From Octopus bimaculoides (lineage: Eukaryota), in the NCBI RefSeq assembly GCF_001194135.2, contig NC_068984.1, positions 49,494,866-49,558,865 of the forward strand: DNA of 64,000 bases, written 5' to 3'. Shown in pieces: positions 1 through 11,704 of the stretch. How positions within the stretch are numbered: position 1 is the first letter of the stretch; each line of letters opens with the position of its first letter. The position numbers were made by a program, and so were the translations under genes. The notes below the pieces were generated by a model. The model was not told where the DNA came from. It was given only the letters and a program-made list of their open reading frames with translations, and did not search any database.

Positions 1-660
1 TATATATATATATATATATATATATGTGTATGTATGTATGTATATATATGTAGATGTATGTATGAATGTATGTATGTATTACTGACTGATAACATTAATT
101 TTTATTATCTCAAATAATTCTAATTTCTCAGACAAAGTAGTCAGCAAAAGTTTAAATTTTTAGCTTTTTTTTTTTTTTTTTACTTTGCTTTTATTTTTTT
201 CCCCCTACAATGAAGAATTTGGTTTCTAAGAAACAATGCCCATCGTTGGAATAATAAGTGAAGGATTACATACTGAATTTTAGAAAAAAAATCTCATGTT
301 TGCATACATGAAATTTTTCTAAAACTTAACAGGTATGTTTACTGGCATGTGTGTGTGAATGGATGGATAGATGGGTGGATGGATAGATGGGTGGATGGAT
401 GGGTGGATGGATGGATGGATGGATGGATGCTTATGCATCTGTGAATGTGTATTTTCACTATTTAAGAGAGAATTTTCAACTCCAAGTTTGCCTTATTATT
501 CATTTCAGGTTTTTATTTTCGAAGTTGGAGGCCAAGGATAGTTATGTCATATTGTAAAAGCAAATTCAATCAACAACAGCATCATCATCAGTAATCGATC
601 TTAGTTCTAAGTCTATATTTTTATAAATACAAAAGTCAATGTATATGTGAATACAAATGA

Positions 661-691
661 GATCTATCTTTATTTGTCTATATATATATAA

Positions 692-753
<62 letters not shown>

Positions 754-958
754 ATATATGTATATATACCACTCGAGGACAAGTTGACAACTAATACATA
801 TGTATGTATAGATGTTATATACTCCTGGGGAAAAATCGGGTTCGTTCTTAGGCTAAGAGAAATGCTGGTATCTCGAGCCACATCTTCTATGATAATACAC
901 ACACAAACATACACATATGCTTATATAAGCATATATACATACACACATACATTCATTG

Positions 959-1025
<67 letters not shown>

Positions 1026-1275
1026 CATATACATATGAATATATACATATACACAGAGATAGAGAGATAGAGAGAGGATGAGATTAAACAAAAATAACGA
1101 GAAGAAAATAACATATAAGTGTAAATTGCATCTGGAATGATGAAAGATAGTTTGAAAATGAATTTTTGGGGTTCACTATCAAATATAGCATACACGTTAC
1201 ACCAGATTGTGTGTGTGTATGTATGTATGTATGTATGTATGTATGTACGTATGTATGTATGTGCGTTCGTACATA
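661..1275. repeat. Compound microsatellite cluster (TG)n/(TA)n/(TATG)n
   Basis: Directly visible; explains the HT/YI/CV-repeat ORFs. Confidence 0.95.
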
Positions 1276-1575
1276 CGTACATACAGATGTATTCACTATA
1301 ACAAGTTGTACAAATGTTGTTTGCAATAGAAGCACAAATAGCTCAATCTAAATGTTGCTGTCTGCTGGTCATCGTGGCCGCTGCAATGTGGGTGCGGAGG
1401 CTGCTGCAACTTTGGTGTTCATTCTTTGTGTATTATGGGGATCAGCATTTCTGCAGCACGGGGTACTATTGCAATCTTTCCATTAAAACCAATGTACATC
1501 TCTGTTTCTAAAAGTTATCTTTTTTTCCTATTTTTACCTACTTAAATATTTTTTTCCATTCTTTCGGAAGCTTCT

Positions 1576-4320
1576 ACTTACTTTCACTTTAACCTCTTTC
1601 TTCCACCCCACCCCACCCACTGAGCTCACCACTCCCCGACAAAATATCGTTCTTCGAAACGGGTACACCTTTCACTACACTTAATGTTCACTCGCACTTG
1701 TTTTAGTTCTCCTCCCCTCTCCCTTTTTCTCCAACCATGCGTAGATGTACATTTGTGTGCGTGTGTAAAATGTTTGTTCATGTGTGCGCTGCTGTCTTTA
1801 GTGTGAGTGTGTCTTTATTATGAGTGAGTGAGTGAGTGAGTGAATGAGTGAGTGAATGAGTGAGTGAAGTGTGTGTGTGTGTTCATTCGTTCACTCCTTC
1901 CTTCTTTTATCAATTACTTAAATCCCTCCCCCTACTATTCTGTGTATATTAGGTGCTGATGTTTTATGTGTAAGTGTGCAGTCTTCACTCTACGATTCTC
2001 CCACTCTCCCGCATTTCCTCACTCTGTTGCTCTATTTGTGGATGTTTGCGTGCACGGTTTGGTACTGAGTGAGTATATGTGTGCTTCAAACATGCCACAG
2101 CCGGCAAGTTGTTCACTCCGCTGACATGGGGAAGGTAGTCGATTTGTTGTGACTAGCTCGTGTATTAGCGACTGCACTAGTTGGTGGCATTACTAGTTTC
2201 ATATAAGTCCGCAAAACTGGCCAAGTAGAGGTAACGTATTTCACTATCCTAATCTACAGATTTTCCTTTTTAAGTTTCAGGTTTCCTACACTCTTTATAT
2301 ATTTTCGCTGAAGTTTTTTGTATGTTTATCTCTGCTGTTTTTGTTATCTTTTAACTTTTTNNNNNNNNNNAAAAAAAAAAAAAAAAATCACTACAGAAAA
2401 ATTAAACTCTAATATCATAATGTTGTCATCTCAATGTTCATACGTAAATAGTATAACTTATCTAGTATTAACAAATAAAAATAAAAGAAAAACGGAAAAT
2501 TAGGAGTAAAAACGGTTATAAATATTTATTTATTTGGCATGTAATAACTTTTATTTTAGTATTACAATATTTTTCTTAACGAGTTTATTATACCGGATCT
2601 GTTTTATGTAACTACGTATACAGCAATTTTGACAAATTAAATCGCAAACTGAAAGTCTAATGAATAAGTTGGTAAACTTGGTATTTATAAAACTCATTCT
2701 TCTAATTCGTCAGGAAGTAGCGCACACAGTTACATAAGTGAAAGAATATGTAACTTTTTAATGTATTTAATTTTAAATAGGCCGAAAAAATTATTTTAAA
2801 ATAATAATAATTTTCTATTGTTTAATAAATTTAAGATTCATTGCTTAAATTGTATATCATTTTGATTATTTTATAATGTTTATACTCATTTACCTTAAGT
2901 CAAATTAAGTGAATAAAAATAAAAACGATAATAATAGATAATGAAAATAATGTTTCCTCATCGATTTCTAGGTAATGTTTTCATTTCGTTATTTACAAAC
3001 CGAATTTCCTGCTTTCATTTCCGACTTCCTCTTCGTTATTTTCTTAAATTCTGAACATTACTCTTCTTTGATGACAAACTCCTAGGTTGTCGTGACCTCC
3101 TAGTACTAGTTGAATATAGGCTAAGTTCATTTTGAGAATCTTATACATTGGAAAGTTTTAGTTAAACGAAGTTTTATCTAAAAGAAAAAAAAAATGTCAT
3201 CAGTTTCCCCCCCTTTGAATGTTTCTACACTACAAAAAAAAATCATTATAAACGGATAAAAGATGGTTTACTCTTCAGCAGAAATATTTATATTTAAAAA
3301 AAAAATTTAGATCTTTAAACAATTTTGATTAAAAACTATCCAACTAAAATACTTTTTAACTGGCGGCAATTACAAGTGGGTGCTCAAAAACTGAATAATG
3401 TGTTAGCTGCGCAGAGTTGAATTTAACATGTTTACAACTATACATAAAAAATTAGTTCCGATCAAAACTATTGCATTTTTTCTTTCTTTTGTTTTCCTAT
3501 AAAATGGCTTTGTAACCTAAATTATATTTGTTAAATATTACATAAGTCCATGTATATTTTTATTAACTCGAGTAGAATAAATATTTTTACATCGAAGAGT
3601 TCCTGTCTAGTTAAATACGAGTTAATAAATTCGATAGACTGGTTCACTTGTAACAGGTTTATGAATTCTTATCTCTATAACGCATAAAATAGAATAAAAA
3701 TTAGAACATCAAAATTGTTTAGATTAGTGCTAATTGCTTGTGATAGATCGCCAAGCGTTAAAAACAAACAACAACAAAAACAGCAGCTTGATATATAGAA
3801 GTGAAGAGAACAGTTGCAACGTAATGCATACCAAGCGCCGGTAGGTAGGTAGGTTAGTCTGACATGTCAACGTGACATTAACACTTTCACATCGCTACAG
3901 ACATCTACGCCCATTTTTTTTATTTATGCTTTTGTCTGGCTGAAATAAGTTTGTCGTCATCATAAACTGAAACGAATTTTATTGAAATATTTTTTATTAA
4001 ATAGTTAATATTTTTTTCAGTGACAATTAAGTAAAGAACTGGTCGTTTTACAGCTTATATTCATTAAATGTCATACTAACCTCGCAGCTCAATGTTACTG
4101 GGAGAACAAATTTGCATGGCCTATTGTAAGTTGTCTGCAGTATCAGATGTTGTCTGGAATTAACTCTATTACGACCAGGATCGAACACTAAAAGGGAAAT
4201 TAGCTATGAACAAATTTGTGATTTAGGCCCAGATTTTATGAAACAAGAAGTCTGGTGGAAATGAGTTCGATATTTAGCTTCTCGCTACACACACACACTT
4301 ACGTACTTACAGTATACGTT
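1576..4320. promoter_or_regulatory. CpG-retaining putative promoter/TSS region, possibly bidirectional
   Basis: By eye CpG is much more frequent here than at 17-45 kb (not counted). ETS-like cores ACCGGAT (~2592), CAGGAAGT (~2711), ACTTCCTC (~3024). + donors at 2971 (TAG|GTAATG) and 3841 (CCG|GTAGGT). - donor GAAA|GTAAGT at 1576-1581. Confidence 0.5.
4021..4125 (+). other. Candidate 5' exon of the + strand (ZNF?) transcript; contains ATG 4092
   Basis: Acceptor tttttttcag|4021 and donor ATT|GTAAGT at 4126, just downstream of the promoter-like region. Confidence 0.45.
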
Positions 4321-4558
4321 CATACATATGTCTATACATTTGTGTGTGTATGTGTACGTATGTATATATGTATATATATGTATATATGTACATAATTATG
4401 TATATATCTATATGCATATATAAATATATGTGTATATATATATATGAATGTATATATATCTACATATATATACATTCATATATATACATGTATATGTACA
4501 TATATATACATTCATATATATGTATATGTATATATAGATGAATGAATATATAAATGTA

Positions 4559-4611
<53 letters not shown>

Positions 4612-5636
4612 NNNNNNNNNNNNNNNNNNNNNNNNNNNNNNNNNNNNNNNNNNNNNNNNNNNNNNNNNNNNNNNNNNNNNNNNNNNNNNNNNNNNNNNNN
4701 NNNNNNNNNNNNNNNNNNNNNNNNNNNNNNNNNNNNNNNNNNNNNNNNNNNNNNNNNNNNNNNNNNNNNNNNNNNNNNNNNNNNNNNNNNNNNNNNNNNN
4801 NNNNNNNNNNNNNNNNNNNNNNNNNNNNNNNNNNNNNNNNNNNNNNNNNNNNNNNNNNNNNNNNNNNNNNNNNNNNNNNNNNNNNNNNNNNNNNNNNNNN
4901 NNNNNNNNNNNNNNNNNNNNNNNNNNNNNNNNNNNNNNNNNNNNNNNNNNNNNNNNNNNNNNNNNNNNNNNNNNNNNNNNNNNNNNNNNNNNNNNNNNNN
5001 NNNNNNNNNNNNNNNNNNNNNNNNNNNNNNNNNNNNNNNNNNNNNNNNNNNNNNNNNNNNNNNNNNNNNNNNNNNNNNNNNNNNNNNNNNNNNNNNNNNN
5101 NNNNNNNNNNNNNNNNNNNNNNNNNNNNNNNNNNNNNNNNNNNNNNNNNNNNNNNNNNNNNNNNNNNNNNNNNNNNNNNNNNNNNNNNNNNNNNNNNNNN
5201 NNNNNNNNNNNNNNNNNNNNNNNNNNNNNNNNNNNNNNNNNNNNNNNNNNNNNNNNNNNNNNNNNNNNNNNNNNNNNNNNNNNNNNNNNNNNNNNNNNNN
5301 NNNNNNNNNNNNNNNNNNNNNNNNNNNNNNNNNNNNNNNNNNNNNNNNNNNNNNNNNNNNNNNNNNNNNNNNNNNNNNNNNNNNNTATGATATACATGTA
5401 TATATATAATATACATGTGTATATATAATATATATGTGTATATATAATATGTATATATGTAATACATATTTGAGTATATATATATAATATGTATATATAT
5501 ATGTGTCTGCGTGTGTTTATACATAATATATGTATAAATAATATATGTCTATATAATATATATATGTATATTCATAATATATGTATATATACAATATATA
5601 TATATAGATGTATGATATATATGTATATACATAATG

Positions 5637-5697
<61 letters not shown>

Positions 5698-5760
5698 ATA
5701 TATGTAATGTATATGTATATAATTCTAATATATATATGTATGTATATATGTATATTTACA
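4320..5760. repeat. Degenerate (TA)n/(TATG)n microsatellite tract around an N-gap
   Basis: Directly visible. Confidence 0.95.
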
Positions 5761-5761
5761 T

Positions 5762-5892
5762 AGGAGTGGCAGTGAACTAAGTTCGAGGTTCAGACCCACT
5801 GCGTGGCACCTTGGGAAAGTATCTTCTATAGCCTCGATCCAACCAAAGCCTTGTGAGTGGATTTGGTAGACTGAAAAGGAAAGAAGCCCATC

Positions 5893-5948
<56 letters not shown>

Positions 5949-6155
5949 GTGTGTGTGTCTGTGTTTGTCCCCCTACCATCGCTTGACAACCAATGTCGTT
6001 GTGTTTACGTCCCCGTTAACGAGTGGTTCGGCAAAACAGACCGATAGAATAAGTGCTAGGCTTACAAAGAATAATTCCTGGGGTCGATTTGTTCTACTAA
6101 AGGTAGTGCACCAGCATGGTCGTAGGCAAATGACTGAATCAAATAAAATAAAAGA
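5762..6155 (+). mobile_element. tRNA-derived SINE family A (internal (TG)n)
   Basis: tRNA-like head, GGCACCTTGGGCAAGT-type core, internal microsatellite, TAAAAGA-type tail; repeated many times in the window. Confidence 0.85.
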
Positions 6156-6204
6156 ATATATACAGAGAGATATAGATATAGATATATATTAATAATAATA
6201 ATAT

Positions 6205-6490
6205 GATTAAAAAAAGAATGAATGAGACCTCGATATTATGTAAATTGAAGAATTTATCTATAATAATATATCTATAATGTGACAATTAGTTGGTTGCCAA
6301 GATAAAACTCAGAGTTTCAGATGTCGGGGTAATTGAGTTTTGGATGTCGCTTGAGGAGTCTGCCCCGCAGAAGAATTCAATATAAGGATACCATTTTTGT
6401 TTATCTTCATAACTGACGAGATGCCGGAGCAGACTTCTACTCGACATCCGAAACTCTGTGTTTTATTATGGCAACCAACTAACTGTTGCC
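6205..6490. mobile_element. Penelope-like LTR fragment with inverted partial duplication
   Basis: Inverted arms 6286-6326 and 6442-6482 match at 37/41; contains the hammerhead-like core; CpGs retained. Confidence 0.45.
6409..6466 (+). ncRNA. Type I hammerhead-ribozyme-like motif in a Penelope-like repeat fragment
   Basis: ATAA-CTGACGA(6413-19)-GATG...CATC(C)-GAAAC(6450-54)-TCTGT-GTT-TTAT. The core boxes, stem II and a 4-bp stem I are all placeable; stem III is weak. Confidence 0.5.
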
Positions 6491-6860
6491 TATTATATAC
6501 TTTATATATATATATATATACTTTATATATATATATGTATATATATATNNNNNNNNNNNNNNNNNNNNNNNNNNNNNNNNNNNNNNNNNNNNNNNNNNNN
6601 NNNNNNNNNNNNNNNNNNNNNNNNNNNNNNNNNNNNNNNNNNNNNNNNTTTTTATCATGTAATTACTCTTAATTTTATACTGGCATTGAAGAATAAAGAA
6701 ATTAATTATGTATGTCTATTTCATCTATATTTTTATATTCGTAAGTACATATGTACGCATACATGTTTGTGTGTCTATGCTGCTTGTATGTATGTTTGTG
6801 TGTATGTATGTATTAATATTTGTACATCAATATTCACATATATATATATATATTCATCAT

Positions 6861-7254
6861 GTAACCTCGTGGGCATCGCTACCATTTTCCTCTTTCTCCG
6901 TTCTTCCATTCTCCGAACTTTCCATCTTTCCGACGAAGGGCTACGCCCGAAACGTCATACACTCTCTCTTTCCTTTCCTGAGCGTCCAATAATACTATCC
7001 ATATCACGTCCTCACTTTGTTGTTTTTTTTTTNNNNNNNNNNNNNNNNNNNNNNNNNNNNNNNNNNNNNNNNNNNNNNNNNNNNNNNNNNNNNNNNNNNN
7101 NNNNNNNNNNNNNNNNNNNNNNNNNNNNNNNNNNNNNNNNNNNNNNNNNNNNNNNNNNNNNNNNNNNNNNNNNNNNNNNNNNNNNNNNNNNNNNNNNNNN
7201 NNNNNNNNNNNNNNNNNNNNNNNNNNNNNNNNNNNNNNNNNNNNNNNNNNNNNN

Positions 7255-7298
<44 letters not shown>

Positions 7299-7387
7299 CA
7301 AAAACACAATAACAAAAAAACAAAAAAACAACAAAGTGAGGACGTGATATGGATAGTATTATTGGACGCTCAGGAAAGGAAAGAGTG
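6861..7387. mobile_element. Two tail-to-tail copies of a Penelope-like terminal fragment flanking a gap and (TA)n
   Basis: About 6969-7027 is the reverse complement of about 7324-7383; the left copy carries the hammerhead-like motif. Confidence 0.45.
6926..6960 (+). ncRNA. Degenerate minimal hammerhead-like motif (Penelope-type)
   Basis: CCGACGA-A-GGGC-TAC-GCCC-GAAAC-GTC; perfect 4-bp stem II and palindromic ACGT stem III. U4 is changed to C and stem I is mismatched. Confidence 0.45.
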
Positions 7388-7456
7388 ATATGTTTGCATT
7401 TATTTGTATTCATTATTCAACTTTAATTAAATTTCTCTCTCTTTCTCTCATCCTCT

Positions 7457-7491
<35 letters not shown>

Positions 7492-7781
7492 AATGTGTAT
7501 ATACATTTATATACTAATACATTTGTCATGTTGGACAGTCATTTGTTTAACATCTATCTTTCCACACAATCGTAGGCTGGACATTACAGGTCGATGCACT
7601 TCCTGTTGCTTATTTTAACATATTTTTGAAGGAAATATTCTGTTTCGTGTGTATTCTAAAGCACAAAGTGACCTTTTATAATGTTTGCATCATGACCGCT
7701 TTGCTTAATTGGTGACAAATGAATTTTCCCCAAGCATGTACATTCGCATTTGCATGTGCGCGCGCGCACACACACACACAC

Positions 7782-7817
<36 letters not shown>

Positions 7818-9117
7818 TCATTGTATAGATATTATGGTATATAACACGTGTATGTTTATGTGTACACAATGGGCTTAATATAATTTCTCTCTCCCAATTT
7901 ACCTTACGAGGCATTGGCCTACCTACAAAGATACTACAAGACAATTGCCTAAAGTGTTCTGTGATGGAACTGAATTTGAAAGCATGTAGTTGTGAAGCAA
8001 ACTTCTTAACCACAGAGCCATGCCTACTTCTCCACTCTCCAGTGCAAACTTGACGAAATACTTGTTGAAATAGTTGTATAGCATATGCATTCTGCTTACT
8101 TATTGTACTGTGCATGCACTCCAGCCTCAAACCTCTCCACCATATTTTCTACTAGCTGTATCTTTTCTATACACCCTCATCTCTTCAATATCTCTTCTTC
8201 TCATGCCACACAACTCATAATTGGCAGGAATGCCCTTTATTCTTTGTATACTTAATACCTCCTTCCCCTTCTCCTCTGTTACGCATAACCTGCCACCCAT
8301 CTTTTCTCCTGGATCATGATGTTTAGTGAAGAGAAATTACACTCTGGCAATGTGTACCCACCCATCCTGATCCTCCTGCCACTGTGCTCTCTTGGACATT
8401 ATTTTGAGGATATACGCTAGCTCCTCATCATTTCCTTAGCTCTCTTCAACACACCACTCTACCTTTCAATATATAACATGGAGTATCACTTCATCTTCTC
8501 TTATTCAACCCCAACTACCTTGATCAGTTTCAGATGCTCACATCTCCCTTGACACTACTTTTTCGTTTCTTCCTAATATCCTAGTATTCCATCATATCTT
8601 TCCTTCATGCACCCCTTTACACATCAAAGTATACCATTGGGGTAGCACTGCATCTCCTTGTATTCAAATCCTCTTCACAGTCCTATTACTGTTCTCACAC
8701 TAACCACCTGTTATTAATTTTCTATTTTTCCTCCTATTACTTTCTTCCCCCATCACCTACCCCTTCACTCCACTCTCAACAATAAACCTGTGTAACTCCA
8801 GTAAGAACTATCTTGGATCCTGAGAAACTCTCCAACTCATATAGGCATGACTGAGCCATCCAATCATTGAGTCCATCTACTCAACCCACCCCATAATAAT
8901 TATCTTGTCCTCCCCTTCTTCTTCAAAGTAATCCTTGACATTAGTTGTCATTTTGCTACCTCTTCCCCTATCTCCTACATTACTCCTCACCAACTATTCC
9001 CTCTGAAATTCTTTCCACTACCATCATCATTTCACCAGGTTTTTACAAGCTGGAGGGATTGTGTCATACACTAATGTCTGATTTGCATGGATTCTAATGC
9101 CCTTCCTAATGCCAACT

Positions 9118-9450
9118 GCCTAACATCATCATTATCTCGTCGTTTAACGTTCATTTTCCATGCTGGCATGGGTTGGGCAGTTTGACTGAGGACTGGCAAG
9201 CCAGGAGGCTGCACCAGGCTCCAATCTGATTTGGCAAGGATTCTACAGCTGGATACCCTTCCTAACACCAACCACTCCAAGAGTGTAGTGGGTGCTTTTT
9301 ACATGCCACTGGCACAGGAGCCAGTCAGATGGCACTGGCATCAACCACACTTGAATAGTGCTTTTTACATGCCACCGGCACAGGTACTGGTCAGGCAGCA
9401 CTGACATCGGTCATGCTTGAATGGTGCTTTTTATGTGCCACCGGTACAGG
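9118..9450 (-). mobile_element. SINE-like family B ((GAT)n tail, internal ~66-bp tandem units)
   Basis: Reverse complement of 11705-12042; GGTTGGYGTTAGGAAGGGCATCCAGCTGTAGAA-type core. Confidence 0.85.
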
Positions 9451-9547
9451 TAAGAGTCAAGGAGTGTATATGTGTGTGTGTGTGTGATGGACATATGGGA
9501 GTTTGACAATTTCTTACCGAACTACCACACAGATAATTTGTTTATAG

Positions 9548-9768
9548 TGATCAAATGCTTGTGTAGACATAAGCTCACTCCCTCCATCAGATTGACATTA
9601 CCTGTACAGGTGCAACGGGTGCCACATGTCTGATGTCAGAATGATTGCAAAGCAACGTGAAATGAAGTGCTTTGCTCAAGAACACAACACAATGCTCGGT
9701 CTGGGAATCAAACCCTCAATCTTGCAATTGTGAGTGCAACACCCTAACAACTAAGCCATGTACCTTCA
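9548..9768 (-). mobile_element. tRNA-derived SINE family C
   Basis: Shares GCAACGTGAAATGAAGTG.TTTGCTCAAGAACACAA with 57622-57877; tRNA-like head on the - strand. Confidence 0.75.
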
Positions 9769-10157
9769 CACACACACACATATATATATATATATACATG
9801 TGGATTCTACAGCTACTGGATGCCCATCCTAATACCTTGTGTGTGTGTGTGAATATGGCGTTTGGATGGGCATTCAGCTGTAGAGACCATGCCAAAACTG
9901 TCTGTAGAGCTTGGCACAGTCCTCTGGATTGCTGCCTCCAGTCAAACCGTCCAGCCCATGTTAGCAAGAAAAACACACATTAAATGAGGATGATGAGGAT
10001 ATATGTATGTGTGTGCTTATATATANNNNNNNNNNNNNNNNNNNNNNNNNNNNNNNNNNNNNNNNNNNNNNNNNNNNNNNNNNNNNNNNNNNNNNNNNNN
10101 NNNNNNNNNNNNNNNNNNNNNNNNNNNNNNNNNNNNNNNNNNNNNNNNNNNNNNNNN

Positions 10158-10455
10158 TTTGACTGAGGACTGGTGAACCAGATGGCTGCACCAGGCTCCA
10201 ATCTGATCTGGCAGAGTTTCTACAGCTGGATGCCCTTCCTAACACCAACCACTCAGAGAGTGTAGTGGGTACTTTTACATGCCACCAGCACGAGGGCCAG
10301 TCAGGCGGTACTGGCAACGGCCACGCTCAAAATGATGTTTTTTACATGCCACCTACACAGGAATCAGTCCAGCGGCGCTGGCAACGACCTTGTTCGAATG
10401 TTATGTTCACATGCCACTGGCACAAGTGCCAGTAAGGCGATGCTGGTAACGATAA
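10158..10455 (-). mobile_element. SINE-like family B
   Basis: High identity to the 11705-12042 copy. Confidence 0.85.
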
Positions 10456-11039
10456 TAAAATTTTTAACCACACAACCACACCTCTGCCTATATTCTAGCA
10501 TTAGGAATTCAAAGGAAATTTAGTTGCTATTTCTTTTCCATTTTAGTGCTATTTAGCCCCAAGCCAATCCTAATACAGTAGATCTATGATCAAATTTAAT
10601 GATGACCATATAATCTTTTATTCATAGACAGGTACCTACAATTACATTATTGAATATCCTTCCTTTTTTTGTGGACAATTCGGCAAGAATTGAAGCAGAT
10701 TTGGCAGCTTTTTCTAGCTTATTGGATGCCCTCTGTTCAGTAAGCAACTACATCTTTGTTAATGGCCGATATTCATTGTCTGGAATAGAACAAAACTACA
10801 CTACTGGTACTACATAGTAGCTACTGCACTCACAGAGACTACAACACTTCCACTACTATATTGCACACTGTCATGTAACCAGCATTTAGAGCAACTTATA
10901 TTAAATCCTGAGAGTAACATTCCATCAAGATTAATATATGGAAACTTGTACACACACACATATGTGTATGTATGTATGTATGTAGGTATATATATATATT
11001 TATAAACATGTAAGTGCTGGTAACAGAAAATTTGTTCAG

Positions 11040-11101
11040 TCTATGCAAATGTGAATGTTAAACAATATGGCAAAATTGATGACTCATTAGATATGCTGGC
11101 G
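11040..11101 (+). other. Candidate 62-nt + strand exon (YANVNVKQYGKIDDSLDMLA)
   Basis: Acceptor tttgttcag, donor GCG|GTAAGT; open in one frame only (phase 1 to 0). Confidence 0.4.
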
Positions 11102-11419
11102 GTAAGTACATAACCTCTTGTATACTTGGAGCCAGAGCATATAAAGTCCTGGTTGGCTTGGTGTGGCTAAAAAGAACTGGAATGAAACATAGTGTGAAAA
11201 TTATAACACTTCTAGGAAGGAGAAAATGTGTTGCTTCCCATGGTTTGATGTCAGTCATGACTGAAATAAGTCTGAGTGTTTTCCTGAACTTAAAAAGTAA
11301 GATGTTTGGAGACAAAACTCAGAAACAAACATGTACACTCTCAAACGGCAGACGTTGATCTATGGGAGATAACTCTTCATTCTCTCCCGAAAAATGTTAT
11401 AACTTTACATGTTTCATAC

Positions 11420-11550
11420 TTGTTCTGTTTTTTCACAACACCAAGCAAACTGGACTATATATATCTCCAGCACAAAGAGAGGTGATATGTTTCCTGCTAG
11501 CATGTTCGAAGAATTGTCAATATTGTCAAATGCAATAGTTGGCATGAAAC
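11420..11550 (-). CDS. Candidate exon of an unidentified - strand gene (FMPTIAFDNIDNSSNMLAGNISPLFVLEIYIVQFAWCCEKTEQ)
   Basis: Acceptor tttgacattag, donor CAA|GTATGA; 131 nt open, phase 1 to 0; phase-compatible with exon 17854-17937. Confidence 0.35.
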
Positions 11551-11704
11551 CTAATGTCAAACTGACCATTTATTTGCCATAAACCAGTAATATACTCTTC
11601 AATAATATATAAAATATTATAACCCATCTGTATTTCTTTTAGAGTGTGCTATTTTTCTGATTTATGCACAAATTACTGATAATATATTTATTCATATATA
11701 TATA

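Noticed and set aside
566-1351. ORFs rich in HT, CV, YI or ER/SL dipeptides here and throughout the track
   Set aside because: They are translations of (CA)n/(TG)n/(TA)n/(GA)n microsatellites.
1603-1620. Minus-strand GGGTGGGGTGGGGTGG G-quadruplex-like run
   Set aside because: Only three G3+ tracts in a simple-repeat context; no independent support.
4165-4190. B-box-like GTTCGATCCTGGTC on the minus strand
   Set aside because: No A-box or cloverleaf; not a tRNA gene.
4408-5524. Long ORFs spanning N-runs (also 13551-14826, 16836-17824, 20320-21111, 35553-36130, 47610-48016, 54511-55079)
   Set aside because: They are open only because gaps translate as X.
9292-9450. Regularly spaced ~66-bp repeats resembling a CRISPR array
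   Set aside because: Eukaryotic context; the units are contiguous, lack unique spacers and lie inside a dispersed SINE-like family.
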